64,000 bases of DNA from a virus, in IMG/VR virus record IMGVR_UViG_3300027974_000021; one strand, given 5' to 3'. Within the stretch, counting starts at the first letter, position 1. Each line of letters begins with the position of its first letter. Shown here piece after piece: positions 35,285 through 46,131 of this stretch. Under the pieces are notes generated by a model, which saw only the letters and a list, made by a program, of their open reading frames with translations, was not told where the DNA came from and ran no database searches. The translations under genes and the position numbers were made by a program.

Positions 35285-38200
35285 ATGAGTATAAATTTTA
35301 ACGTCACTCCATATTTTGATGACTTTAATGAGTCAAAACAATTCCTTCGTGTATTGTTTCGTCCAGGATATGCAGTACAAGCACGTGAATTAACTCAACT
35401 TCAAACAATCCTTCAAAATCAAATTAGTCGTTTTGGAAACCATGTCTTTAAAAACGGATCAATGGTTGTTCCAGGAGAAGTCAATTTTGATAATCAAGTA
35501 CATTTTGCAAAACTAGAAGATCTATTTGGCAATACAAATGTCACTTCTTATCTAACTCAATTCAGAGATAAAATAATCACAGGTCAAACATCAGGTGTTA
35601 AAGCTGTTGTAATTGATACATCTGAGTGCGGATGTATGGTTTCAGGAGATAGCGATGTTGCTACTCTTTACTTTAAGATGACTGATACTGCTGATGATGG
35701 TGAAACAAAAAGATTTATTCCAGGAGAAATAATCACTGCAGCTGCAGCTGATAATACAACTGCAAATAATTATAGATTAACAGCGAATCAAGTATCTGAC
35801 ATTTCAGTGACTATTAAAACATTCGGTGATACAGGTCAAGCTGCAACTGTTTATACAAATAGCCCAACAACTGATGTATTAGGTTATGGAACAGTTGTTG
35901 AAGTAAAAGAAGGAATATACTACATCGATGGATATTTTGTAAAAAATCCTGAATTACATTTATACGTTGGAAGATTTACAAATACAGTCACTGCTCGTGT
36001 AGGATTTGAAGTAATAGAAGAAGTAATCACACCAGAACAAGATTCATCATTAAACGATAATGCACAAGGTTCAAATAACTTTGCTGCTCCAGGAGCACAC
36101 AGATATAAAATTTCAGTTGGATTGAAGAGACTTGATTTAAACACTACAGATACAATTAAGTTTATAGAATTATTACGTTTAAAAGATGGTCAATTATTAC
36201 ATAAAGTTGATAAAACTTCTTATGCTGAATTAGAAAAAACTTTTGCTCGAAGAACATTTGATGAATCTGGTTCTTATGAAGTGAATAAATTTAATCTTAC
36301 ATCTAGAGAACATTTAAACACTGGCACAAATGGTGGTGTATTCCCTGTTGCTCCAACAACTCCAGTTGCAGGAATTACATATGGAAGCAACGATAAAATA
36401 GCAATCGCTGTTGATCCAGGAAAAGCATACATCGAAGGATATGAAGTTGAATCAATTTCAACTAGATTTTTAAGTATAAACAGAGCAAGACCAATTAACA
36501 ATGTTGAGAATGGTCATGTATCAAGATTAGATGACCAACCTATCGGAACAACTGTAGGAAATCATATATTAGTCAATTCAGTACAAGGACTTCCACCAAT
36601 AAGCACATTTGGAATAATATATCTTTGGGCTGGTATTGATAATCACATTAGTACTGTGACTATTGGAACAACAACTAATATAAACAAAACTGGATTAATC
36701 GGAACTGCTAGAATTAAATCGTTTCAATTACATTCATCTTCTTATTCTTCTCCAACTTTTAAACTTGGTTTATTTGATCTTAAATTAGAGTCAGGTTATA
36801 ATTTTGAGAGAGATGTAAAATGGATCTCAGATGTTGGTGCAACTAACCCAATTGGATTTTTCGCACAAGTAGATCAAACAACAACTCCAGTATCTTTACT
36901 CGGCACAGTATCAGGCACTTCTGGTGCTGCTACACTTACAGGTGTTGGTACTAGATTTCAAGATGAATATAAAATAGGAGATGCTGTAGTTCTTACAACA
37001 TCAAATACATTTGTTGGATTTATAGATGCAATAGCTTCATCAACTTCATTAACGATTGATAGAAACTTTGGGGCATCTTACGCAGGTGTGGTTTATGCTC
37101 GTGGTTCATCACCAATTTATAATCCTGAATTTCAATCATTAGTATTCAATACAGGAATTGAAAATACAAAAACTTTACGTGGTTTAGATGCAGCAACTCT
37201 TCAAGATACTGTACTTTCTTCTACTCAAACTGTAAGACGTACAATAACTGCAACGTCAACTTCTGGTGGTGATTGGATTCATACATTAACAGAAGCCACA
37301 GAATTTTTCTTAACAGATACAGATTTATCGAATTATACATTATTTGACAATGTAGCAAAAACAGTTATAAATTTAACTGCTGCAGCAATTTCTTTCGATA
37401 GTGAATCAAATCGTAAAACTATCACAATTACTGGATTAACAGGTTCAAGAAGTTATACACTTTTAACAAGTATATTTCAAAATGGTGTAAGTGCTAGAGA
37501 AAAAATTAAAACAAAAACTTCATATACACAAACTATCACAACTGCGTTAGCTGTGACTAGTAAATCTATTTTATTAGATCATGCTGATGTTTGTGAAATA
37601 GTTTCTGTTTTTATGACTCCAGGAAACTACAATTCATACAGTTCAACTGGTGCAATTAATATAACTGATAGATTTACATTAGATTCAGGACAAAGATTAT
37701 CTCATTATCAAAAAGGTGCATTAGTATTAAAAGATGGTGTAGGAATACCAACTGGTGCTATACAAGTAGTTTATAGATATTTTGCTTATAGTAGTACAGG
37801 AAACTATTTCAGTGTTGATAGTTATTCATCTATACCTTATGAAGATATACCAGAATTTAAAATAACAAATCCTGATGGTACAACAACTACAATTCCATTA
37901 CATGATGTTATTGATTATCGTCCAGTAATTTCTGGTGCAAATACATTCACACCAAATATACCAAAAATTGGCACAGATTTCAATACAAGTATTGCAAATT
38001 ATCTACCACGTTGGGATAAATTAGTTTTAGACAGTGTTGGTAATTTTTCTATTCTTACAGGAGTACCAGCATTTGAACCAAAACAACCAGAAGATCCAAA
38101 AGAAGGATTAATTTTAGGAACAGTTTTCTTACCAGCTTATACTAAGAGAGCATCAGATGTACAAATATTTAAACGTGATAATCGTAGATACACAATGCGT

Positions 38201-41200
38201 GATATTGGTTTTCTTGAAAAACGTCTTTCAAATTTAGAATATTACACAAGCTTAAATTTATTAGAAAAAGAAACATCAACATTTAGTATCAAATCAGCTA
38301 CAAGTGGTTTAGATAGATTTAAAAATGGATTCTTAGTAGATCAATTCACAGGTCATGGTGTAGGAAATGTTCAACATCCTGATTATCGTATTGCAGTTGA
38401 TAGTGCAAAAAGAGAATTAAGACCAATGCACTTTACAGATGCTTTAGATATTATTGAAAACTTAGATTCTGGTCCGCAAAGAGCAAGTAGAGATTATCAG
38501 AGAACAAATGACTTAATTACATTACCATATACTGAATCATCATTTATTTTTAATCCAAATGCTTCAAGAACTATTGATGTAAATCCTTATAAGATTGGTG
38601 CATTTAAAGGTGAGATCGAATTAACACCTGAAGGAGACTTTTGGAAAGAAACTGATAGAAGACCAGATTTAAATGTAAACGATGACAATGGTTATGATGC
38701 TATAAGATTTTTAGGAGAACAAATTGGTGTCACTGGTACAAACTGGAATGAGTGGTCTTATAACTGGACTGGTTCAACAGATCAAGTAAGACGATTTGAA
38801 ACTTGGAATGCAGGTTTTGAAGAAACAATTACAACTCAAACAGGAACTCAGTCGCGTGAAGGAATTCAAACATCATTATCAGGAAGTGTAAATCAAATAA
38901 ATTATGGTGATCGTGTTGTAGATATTTCTTATATACCTTTTATTCGTCCAAGAACTGTATCAATTATTGCTAGAAACTTAAAACCAGATACTAAGTTTTA
39001 CGGATTCTTTGATGGTATAAGAGTAGATTCTTCTTATATTAAACCAGCAGATGTATTCACTTTAACAAAAGTTGCTGGTGCTGCTGATTTAAACTTTAAT
39101 GTTCAACAAACTATTCAAACAGTTCTTTCTGATGATTTAGCAAGAACAGATTCTCAAGGTGTATTTCAACCAGCATTTTATTTTGGTGATATATTAAAAA
39201 ATTCAGTACATACGCCAGTTGTAATTCAAACAGTTAATCATATAACTAATGCTCTTGGTGAATCATCATTTACATTAACTGTATCATCTGCAACAGGAAT
39301 AAGTCCAGGACATCATGTTCATTTATATAACTTTAATGCTGTAAGAGCAAATCCTGCAGTTGTTTCTACTATAATTGAAAATAATTTCACTTCAACTATT
39401 ACTTCTTTTGGAAGCAACCATTCAAAACAATTAAATTTAAGAATATTCAAAGTTATAGCAGTAGCTGGAACTACAATAACATTAGCAAACATCGATGGTT
39501 CATTAATTGATCCATTTGATTCTTATACAACTGCAGTATATCCTTCAGGAGATGGTGCTAGATTAAAAAGATTACAGGCAAGTGGTATTGCTAATTTTGA
39601 AGGACCACAAACATCAGCAACTGTTCGTAATTTATCTATAATTAATATTAAAAATGGTTTTGCTATTGGCGACATATTAACTGGTGAAGTTGATATAGGA
39701 TCTGGTGCTAAGAATCGTGTGACTATAACTTCAATTAATGGTGGAACAGATTCTACTATTGCGCCTACATTGAAAGCTATTGGTGATATAATTCGTACTG
39801 ATTCTAATGGTTCAGTTTGTTGTGTGTTTAATATACCAGAAAATATATTTAGAACAGGAGAAAGAGCATTCAAATTAATTGATAATATTTCAAACAACGA
39901 TCAAGATTTTGATTCAAAAGGATCAGCATCTTACATAGCTTCAGGTACAACATTAAGTAAAGAAAGAACTATTGTAAATTCAAGAGATGTAAGATATGTA
40001 CAAGATAGAGTTTTCGAAGAAATACCATCAAGACGTACAACTACAACTACTCGTCTTCTTTATACAATACGAAGAGGACATGATCCGATCGCACAAACAT
40101 TTACAGTTTCATCAAAAGGTGGTGCTTTCGTTTCTTCAGTAGATTTATATTTTGAAGAAGCAGGAGCAAGACCTATTATTGTTGAATTAAGAGTGACAAA
40201 TAATGGTGTACCATCTTCACGTATAGTTCCATTTACAACTGTGACTAAATCTCCTTCTGAGATAAATGTATCAGCAAGTGGTTCAGCTGCAACTAACTTT
40301 AAATTTTTAGCACCTGTATATTTACAAGATAATGAAACTTATGCTATCGTAGTGAGAACAGACGAGCCAGGAGCGAAAATATTTATTTCTGAATTAGGTG
40401 AATCTGATTTAATTACTACAAACATTATTACACAACAACCATTAACTGGATCTTTATATCTATCACAAAATTCACAAGAATATAAAATTAATCCTTTATT
40501 AGACATGAAGTTTAAATTGTACTCTTGTATATTCGATACAAGTGTTGTTGCTGATGTTGAATTAAAAGCAAATCCACCAATTACATTTACATTAGATGAA
40601 AACCCTTTTGAATTTACTCCATCAGTACCACATGTAAGAGTGAAAGCTAGAAATCATGGATTTAATTTTAATGATGTTGCAATTATATCAGGTGTTGCTT
40701 CAGGACTTTATGGTGCAGCTTCACCAAATGGTGCGCCACATACATTATTAAATGGATCTCATTTAGTATTAGCTGAAGGATTAACTAAAGATTCTTTCAT
40801 GATACAATTACAAACTACGGATGCAAATGGTGTGAGTTTATTAACAGGATCAACTGCTAACTTTGTAAAATCAAATGTTGGTGGAACAAATGTTTTATGT
40901 TCTCGCCAATTAAACGTAGATGCAATTTATTTAAAAACTAATGATTTAAACTTTACAGATACAAGTATAAACTATTATGTTTCTGCTTCAGATGCTACTG
41001 GTACACCTACTGATTTTTTACCAATAGTTGCAAATGAAAACTTTTATTTCACAAGTAGAAAGGTAATTAAATCTTATGAGAACCAAGTATTACTTTCAAC
41101 TTCTCCTTTATTAAAGAGACCAAGTTTAAAAATACTTGCTCAATTGAGATCAAATAATCCAAATGTATCACCTGTAATTGATTTACAAAAAGCATCAATC

Positions 41201-42484
41201 TTTGCTATTTCAAATTCAATAGATAATAAAACTGGAACTAATTTAAATGTTTCTGGTGTTGATAATCGAAATATATTAATTAATAACACAGTAGTAGATT
41301 CAAATACTTTTATTACAGGAACAGGAACGATAACTACAAGCACATCTTCAACTACAGTAAGTGGTACAAGTACATCATTTACAACTGAAGCAAGAGTTGG
41401 AGATACTATTCGTGTTGGAGATACTGCGATTGGTGTAATTGCTACAATTACGAATGCAACTACAATCGTATTAACTGCGAATGCTCTTGCAACAAATGCA
41501 AGTGGTGTTGCTTATAAAATAGTCGCAAGACCAGTAGTTGAATTATCTCATAATGCTGCAGGAAATGGTCAGCTAGTGACATGGATTGATGCTGCTGATA
41601 ATTTATTAGCAAATACACAAATTGGAGCAGAATTAATTTTAACAGGAATTTACACAAATAAATTAGATGGAACTTATGAAATAGCAAATGTAGCTGAAGA
41701 ATTTAGTTTAGATAGATACGCAGGTTCAGCAGATGGAAATAAAGTGACAATTACACTAGATAGACCATTTGTAGCTATTCCTACAACAAACACTATGTTC
41801 CTAGATGTAGTAAATGACTTTTTAGAATTTAATTTAGAGGGTGTTCAAACTTCTCTTACAAACAGCACTTCTATTACATCAACAGCAGATAACACATCAA
41901 GAATTTCAGTAGGTGATATTATTGTATCATCAACATTATATGATGTAGTGACTCCAGATGGTGGAACAGCACAAAGATTAGAGAAAAAAGTAGTTGGAAC
42001 AGTCACTGCTGTTGCTTCTGGTTCAATTACAATTGCAGCAAATGCTACAGTAGCAATTACTTCGACAGTAATGGCTGTAAGAAAATCATTAGCTTCTTGG
42101 AAAATACAACAGTATGATGCTTTTGTTGATGATTATGCTCCAACAGGATCTACAAATTTAGCTAACTATATAACTCGTACATTAGCATTAACAAACCCTG
42201 CAAATAATATTAAAGTTATATTTGACGCAAATATACCAAACGATACAGATTTAACTCTTTATTATCGTGCTTGGAACGATGAAGTAAATTTAAATACGTT
42301 AAAATTTAATTCAATAACTTTACCTATTACATCAAAGGACTCATTAGATGTGTTTAGAGAAAGAATTGCTACATTAGAGAATATTGCTGCATTTAAAAAC
42401 TTACAGATTAAACTGGTATTTAAATCAACAAACCCTGTTTATATACCAAAAGTTAAAAATTTAAGAGTAATTGCTTATAGTTAA
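35285..42484 (+). CDS. Giant virion structural protein (VrlC / DUF4815-like), 2399 aa
   Basis: PYFDDF..VLFRPGYAVQARELTQLQ, APGAHR, RRYTMRDIG, RFKNGFLVDQF, DPIAQTF. Confidence 0.85.
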   Translation: MSINFNVTPYFDDFNESKQFLRVLFRPGYAVQARELTQLQTILQNQISRFGNHVFKNGSMVVPGEVNFDNQVHFAKLEDLFGNTNVTSYLTQFRDKIITGQTSGVKAVVIDTSECGCMVSGDSDVATLYFKMTDTADDGETKRFIPGEIITAAAADNTTANNYRLTANQVSDISVTIKTFGDTGQAATVYTNSPTTDVLGYGTVVEVKEGIYYIDGYFVKNPELHLYVGRFTNTVTARVGFEVIEEVITPEQDSSLNDNAQGSNNFAAPGAHRYKISVGLKRLDLNTTDTIKFIELLRLKDGQLLHKVDKTSYAELEKTFARRTFDESGSYEVNKFNLTSREHLNTGTNGGVFPVAPTTPVAGITYGSNDKIAIAVDPGKAYIEGYEVESISTRFLSINRARPINNVENGHVSRLDDQPIGTTVGNHILVNSVQGLPPISTFGIIYLWAGIDNHISTVTIGTTTNINKTGLIGTARIKSFQLHSSSYSSPTFKLGLFDLKLESGYNFERDVKWISDVGATNPIGFFAQVDQTTTPVSLLGTVSGTSGAATLTGVGTRFQDEYKIGDAVVLTTSNTFVGFIDAIASSTSLTIDRNFGASYAGVVYARGSSPIYNPEFQSLVFNTGIENTKTLRGLDAATLQDTVLSSTQTVRRTITATSTSGGDWIHTLTEATEFFLTDTDLSNYTLFDNVAKTVINLTAAAISFDSESNRKTITITGLTGSRSYTLLTSIFQNGVSAREKIKTKTSYTQTITTALAVTSKSILLDHADVCEIVSVFMTPGNYNSYSSTGAINITDRFTLDSGQRLSHYQKGALVLKDGVGIPTGAIQVVYRYFAYSSTGNYFSVDSYSSIPYEDIPEFKITNPDGTTTTIPLHDVIDYRPVISGANTFTPNIPKIGTDFNTSIANYLPRWDKLVLDSVGNFSILTGVPAFEPKQPEDPKEGLILGTVFLPAYTKRASDVQIFKRDNRRYTMRDIGFLEKRLSNLEYYTSLNLLEKETSTFSIKSATSGLDRFKNGFLVDQFTGHGVGNVQHPDYRIAVDSAKRELRPMHFTDALDIIENLDSGPQRASRDYQRTNDLITLPYTESSFIFNPNASRTIDVNPYKIGAFKGEIELTPEGDFWKETDRRPDLNVNDDNGYDAIRFLGEQIGVTGTNWNEWSYNWTGSTDQVRRFETWNAGFEETITTQTGTQSREGIQTSLSGSVNQINYGDRVVDISYIPFIRPRTVSIIARNLKPDTKFYGFFDGIRVDSSYIKPADVFTLTKVAGAADLNFNVQQTIQTVLSDDLARTDSQGVFQPAFYFGDILKNSVHTPVVIQTVNHITNALGESSFTLTVSSATGISPGHHVHLYNFNAVRANPAVVSTIIENNFTSTITSFGSNHSKQLNLRIFKVIAVAGTTITLANIDGSLIDPFDSYTTAVYPSGDGARLKRLQASGIANFEGPQTSATVRNLSIINIKNGFAIGDILTGEVDIGSGAKNRVTITSINGGTDSTIAPTLKAIGDIIRTDSNGSVCCVFNIPENIFRTGERAFKLIDNISNNDQDFDSKGSASYIASGTTLSKERTIVNSRDVRYVQDRVFEEIPSRRTTTTTRLLYTIRRGHDPIAQTFTVSSKGGAFVSSVDLYFEEAGARPIIVELRVTNNGVPSSRIVPFTTVTKSPSEINVSASGSAATNFKFLAPVYLQDNETYAIVVRTDEPGAKIFISELGESDLITTNIITQQPLTGSLYLSQNSQEYKINPLLDMKFKLYSCIFDTSVVADVELKANPPITFTLDENPFEFTPSVPHVRVKARNHGFNFNDVAIISGVASGLYGAASPNGAPHTLLNGSHLVLAEGLTKDSFMIQLQTTDANGVSLLTGSTANFVKSNVGGTNVLCSRQLNVDAIYLKTNDLNFTDTSINYYVSASDATGTPTDFLPIVANENFYFTSRKVIKSYENQVLLSTSPLLKRPSLKILAQLRSNNPNVSPVIDLQKASIFAISNSIDNKTGTNLNVSGVDNRNILINNTVVDSNTFITGTGTITTSTSSTTVSGTSTSFTTEARVGDTIRVGDTAIGVIATITNATTIVLTANALATNASGVAYKIVARPVVELSHNAAGNGQLVTWIDAADNLLANTQIGAELILTGIYTNKLDGTYEIANVAEEFSLDRYAGSADGNKVTITLDRPFVAIPTTNTMFLDVVNDFLEFNLEGVQTSLTNSTSITSTADNTSRISVGDIIVSSTLYDVVTPDGGTAQRLEKKVVGTVTAVASGSITIAANATVAITSTVMAVRKSLASWKIQQYDAFVDDYAPTGSTNLANYITRTLALTNPANNIKVIFDANIPNDTDLTLYYRAWNDEVNLNTLKFNSITLPITSKDSLDVFRERIATLENIAAFKNLQIKLVFKSTNPVYIPKVKNLRVIAYS

Positions 42485-42487
42485 TAT

Positions 42488-42703
42488 ATGAAATTTGTTA
42501 AAGTGAAAGATCATCCTAGTTTAAAAAGGGACGTTCATACACAAGCAGTAATTAACACATCTAATTCTGAATACGAAGAATATAAGAGAATACAAGAGAA
42601 TGCAAGTCTTCGTTCAAGAATAATAGAGAATGAAATAAATAGTCTTAAGAATGATATATTAGAAATTAAGAGTATTTTAAAACAAATAGTACAAGGAAAA
42701 TAA
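42488..42703 (+). CDS. Conserved small coiled-coil protein
   Basis: KVKDHPSLKRD..AVIN motif typically following the VrlC-like gene. Confidence 0.7.
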   Translation: MKFVKVKDHPSLKRDVHTQAVINTSNSEYEEYKRIQENASLRSRIIENEINSLKNDILEIKSILKQIVQGK

Positions 42704-42706
42704 ACA

Positions 42707-42916
42707 ATGGCAAAACAAGCAGTTGTAGCTACTGTATCTCAGGCAAATACGTTCGATCAATGGCGTGTTCAAACGAATTCAGTGATTACAAAAACTAATA
42801 ACCAAGAAGATTACATTGGTGATTTAGCATTACTCGATAATGCTCAACCAGATTTAGTTGCTGGTATTAATGAAGCACGTGGATTTTCTTTGGCTATAAC
42901 AATCGCACTAGGATAA
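42707..42916 (+). CDS. Small virion protein ending in IALG
   Basis: NTFDQWRVQTN N-terminal motif; AAGGA SD. Confidence 0.65.
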   Translation: MAKQAVVATVSQANTFDQWRVQTNSVITKTNNQEDYIGDLALLDNAQPDLVAGINEARGFSLAITIALG

Positions 42917-42920
42917 TAGA

Positions 42921-43244
42921 ATGGCAAATGTATTTACAAATGGTCTTGCAAGAGACGTAGGAACTTCCCCAGCAACTATATACACAACACCTGCGAGTAA
43001 AAAAAGTATCGTAATTGAATTAGATGTATGCAATAAAATAAATGCAGCTATTCAAATTGATGCTTATATAACTTCATCAGGGTCAGATTTTTATCTTGTT
43101 AAAAATGCACCAGTTCCAGCAGGTGGAACTTTGCAGCTTATATCAGGACAAAAAATAGTATTAAAAGCAAACGAAGTTTTAAAAGTAGTTTCAAACACAG
43201 CTACATCAGTTGATGTCGTGGCAAGTGTTTTGGAAGACGTATAA
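42921..43244 (+). CDS. Small beta-rich virion/adaptor protein (MANVF type)
   Basis: Paralogous to 60992..61327 (YTxP...GKxVx...LKxxx...SxLE). Confidence 0.7.
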   Translation: MANVFTNGLARDVGTSPATIYTTPASKKSIVIELDVCNKINAAIQIDAYITSSGSDFYLVKNAPVPAGGTLQLISGQKIVLKANEVLKVVSNTATSVDVVASVLEDV

Positions 43245-43264
43245 TAAAATAAGAAAAAATAAAA

Positions 43265-45181
43265 ATGGCTTATATTGGTTCATCAGCAGTATCACCACTC
43301 TCAACTCAAATTCGTCCAAGAGATGAATTCGTTGGAAATGGTACACAGAGAGAATATGTTCTTTCACAGGAAATTCCTGGAGGATTTGAAAGTAATGTTC
43401 TTGCTTTTGTTGATAACGTTCCTCAAGAACCAATTAGTGCTTATGTTATTAAAGATATTCAAAGATTAACTCTTTCAAATACTAGTACAAATAGTATTAA
43501 GAACGTCACAATTGCAAAACCAACTGGAAGCACATTCACAGGGGTTGTAGATTATGCATTATCTGGAAACGTATATCAATCAGTTAATGCACTATTAAAT
43601 GGAACTGGTTCATTTTCAGGAAGATCTGGAAACACATTTAGATTAGAACAACGTTTAGTTGCAAATAATAATTTAATTGCTTCTGTCACTTTAAATAAAA
43701 CAGATTCATTAACTCAACCAAATCCTTTTGTTGGTATAACTGTAAGTGGTACATTTTTAAATAATTCAACAAATGAATATGTAATAATTTATGATGTCAC
43801 TGCAAATAATTATTTGGCTATTAATCCGAATGGATTAACTCCGAGAGCAAATACTGGAGCAATACTTTCAGACGATAAATATTTTACAGTATTTTCACAT
43901 TCTACTGAAATAGAAGCACCTAAAGTTGGAGATCAAATAACTCAAGCTACTTCAAATGCAACTGGAATAGTTGCAGCTGCTACATCAAGTTATATAGATG
44001 TAATTCAAACTTCTACTGCAAATTTTGTCACAGTAGGAAATGGTGGACAAACTATTTCTTATAAAGAACCAAAATCAGTAAATTATTTAAATGACACAAT
44101 TACATATGAAAACGTTGTAGCTGGAACATTTTCTATAACTGCATCTTCAACTTTAAAATTTAAAGCATTACAATTTACAGGATATCCAAAATCAGGACAA
44201 AAAATTTTAATTAACCACATGGGTGGAAGTAATTATCAAATAAATCCTACAGCTGGAAGTGTCACAGATTTAACTTTATCAGATAATTTAAAAACTTTTA
44301 CAGTTGATAAATTTACAGCTACGCAAGGTCAACAAACATTTGTACTGTCAAAAGTACCTGTAAGTGTTCAAAGTATTTTAGTGACTCTGAATGGAGTAGT
44401 ACAAACTGATACAACAGGTTATACTTTACAAAACGGAAACGAATTAGTGACTCAATCTGCATTAAATGCTGGAGTGAATGTAAACGTACTTCATTTAGGA
44501 TTTAGTACAGTTTCAAGAAATTCTTTTACAGATGGTTCTATAACTGCATCTGCTCTTCAAGATTTAACAATTACTGGAACTAAAATAGCTAATTCAACAA
44601 TTACAAGTTCAAAACTTGCTGCAGGTACAGCGATTGCAAATATTGGATATACACCACATAATCCAACATCAAACAGTGTTCAATCATATGCTGCTGCAGT
44701 CACTTTTAATGGTGCAATTAATGCAAATGCAAATATAGTATTTCCTGGAACTGCAGTTCCAAGTGTAGACGCAAATACACTTGATGAATATAGAGAGGGT
44801 GATTTTTCACCTACACTTGTTCCAGCAACGATTGGCGGAACACCTATATCGCTTTCAACAACAGCAGGAAAATTTATTAAAATTGGAAGATTAGTTCGTG
44901 TAAGTATTCGTATGGTAGTATCTTCGTTAGGAGTAGGAAATTCTGGTTCTATTAAGATTGGTGGCTTACCATATACTATAAATAATAGTGGTAATATAAT
45001 AGATGAATATTCAACTATTTTAACTACAAATACGACTAGTATGACAAATCCATATGTCACTACAATACCAAATACATTAACGTTGCAAATTACTACTAAT
45101 GGTTCAACGAATGCAACAGTTGCAAATTTAACAGGTACAAGTACGTTATTAATTAATTTAACGTATATAGCAAACGTATAA
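43265..45181 (+). CDS. Tail fibre / virion protein
   Basis: MAYIG start, F.GNG..F.L repeats, LDEYREGDFSP C-terminal domain. Confidence 0.7.
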   Translation: MAYIGSSAVSPLSTQIRPRDEFVGNGTQREYVLSQEIPGGFESNVLAFVDNVPQEPISAYVIKDIQRLTLSNTSTNSIKNVTIAKPTGSTFTGVVDYALSGNVYQSVNALLNGTGSFSGRSGNTFRLEQRLVANNNLIASVTLNKTDSLTQPNPFVGITVSGTFLNNSTNEYVIIYDVTANNYLAINPNGLTPRANTGAILSDDKYFTVFSHSTEIEAPKVGDQITQATSNATGIVAAATSSYIDVIQTSTANFVTVGNGGQTISYKEPKSVNYLNDTITYENVVAGTFSITASSTLKFKALQFTGYPKSGQKILINHMGGSNYQINPTAGSVTDLTLSDNLKTFTVDKFTATQGQQTFVLSKVPVSVQSILVTLNGVVQTDTTGYTLQNGNELVTQSALNAGVNVNVLHLGFSTVSRNSFTDGSITASALQDLTITGTKIANSTITSSKLAAGTAIANIGYTPHNPTSNSVQSYAAAVTFNGAINANANIVFPGTAVPSVDANTLDEYREGDFSPTLVPATIGGTPISLSTTAGKFIKIGRLVRVSIRMVVSSLGVGNSGSIKIGGLPYTINNSGNIIDEYSTILTTNTTSMTNPYVTTIPNTLTLQITTNGSTNATVANLTGTSTLLINLTYIANV

Positions 45182-45185
45182 AAAT

Positions 45186-45193
45186 ACTAAATA
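45186..45193 (+). promoter_or_regulatory. Candidate late promoter ACTAAATA
   Basis: Intergenic, upstream of 45205. Confidence 0.45.
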
Positions 45194-45204
45194 AGGGAAG
45201 TAAA

Positions 45205-45435
45205 ATGCCTATTAGCAAAATTCTTTCGAACTCGATTCAAGACGACCTTAAATTAAAAGGTAAAGGAACAGGCTTAGTAGCAGACACAAGCGATAATCGT
45301 TCGAATGCTCCAACTACTGGAGATATGAGATTTAATACCACTGTGGGCAAATACGAACTTTATAATGGAGCAAAATGGCAAACTGTTGATTCGAGTGAAA
45401 TTTCAATGGCAATGTCAATCGCTCTTGGTGGATAA
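45205..45435 (+). CDS. Small virion protein ending in SIALGG
   Basis: GDMRFNTT..YELYNG.W fibre motif. Confidence 0.65.
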   Translation: MPISKILSNSIQDDLKLKGKGTGLVADTSDNRSNAPTTGDMRFNTTVGKYELYNGAKWQTVDSSEISMAMSIALGG

Positions 45436-45452
45436 CCAACTATTTTTATATT

Positions 45453-46112
45453 ATGAGATTTAAATCGAGTGATGAGTGGGATTGGGAAATAGTTTTTAGT
45501 AATCGTAAAGATAATTTAGTCCTTCAAAAAGCAACAGGCTTTAAAGATAAAGAAGGATGGATTGGTATTCCAGACGTAGAACTATGTACTCTTACAGTTT
45601 TAAAAGAGGGATTAGTTTCAATTCGTGATTGGGACACAAAACAAGATTTAGGAGTAATGGGACCAAACTTTAGATTCCATTATTCTAATATTATGAAAGG
45701 ATATGGTGATCGAAAAGATTATTTCGGTAATTCACTTCCTTCAGATGAAGAAATACTCAAAACAGCGAGTAAAACACACGTAAGATTAAAGACTGTATCT
45801 GAAAAAAGTACATTTTATTGCGTTTCAGATCCACTTAATAAGATAATATGGGATGGTTATTCGAATATATTGAATAATATGCCAGAAATTTTTAAAATAA
45901 ACAAAAATACATCTTTTTATAGGTTTATCTCATTAGATGATAATATAAATATAGATGGTAGAACAATTGAAAAATATCGTCCTATTGGTTTGGACATCTA
46001 TGATAAGGATATAACTTTTACTGGAAAAGGTATGTACTTAATCACGGCACCTGTTGGTATATACAATAAGAGTGATAATCTAAACCCACGATATGTAATA
46101 ACTGATAATTAA
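45453..46112 (+). CDS. Hypothetical protein (non-fibre composition)
   Basis: 219 aa ORF filling the gap. Confidence 0.65.
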   Translation: MRFKSSDEWDWEIVFSNRKDNLVLQKATGFKDKEGWIGIPDVELCTLTVLKEGLVSIRDWDTKQDLGVMGPNFRFHYSNIMKGYGDRKDYFGNSLPSDEEILKTASKTHVRLKTVSEKSTFYCVSDPLNKIIWDGYSNILNNMPEIFKINKNTSFYRFISLDDNINIDGRTIEKYRPIGLDIYDKDITFTGKGMYLITAPVGIYNKSDNLNPRYVITDN

Positions 46113-46131
46113 ATCCTAAAGGAAACAAGCA

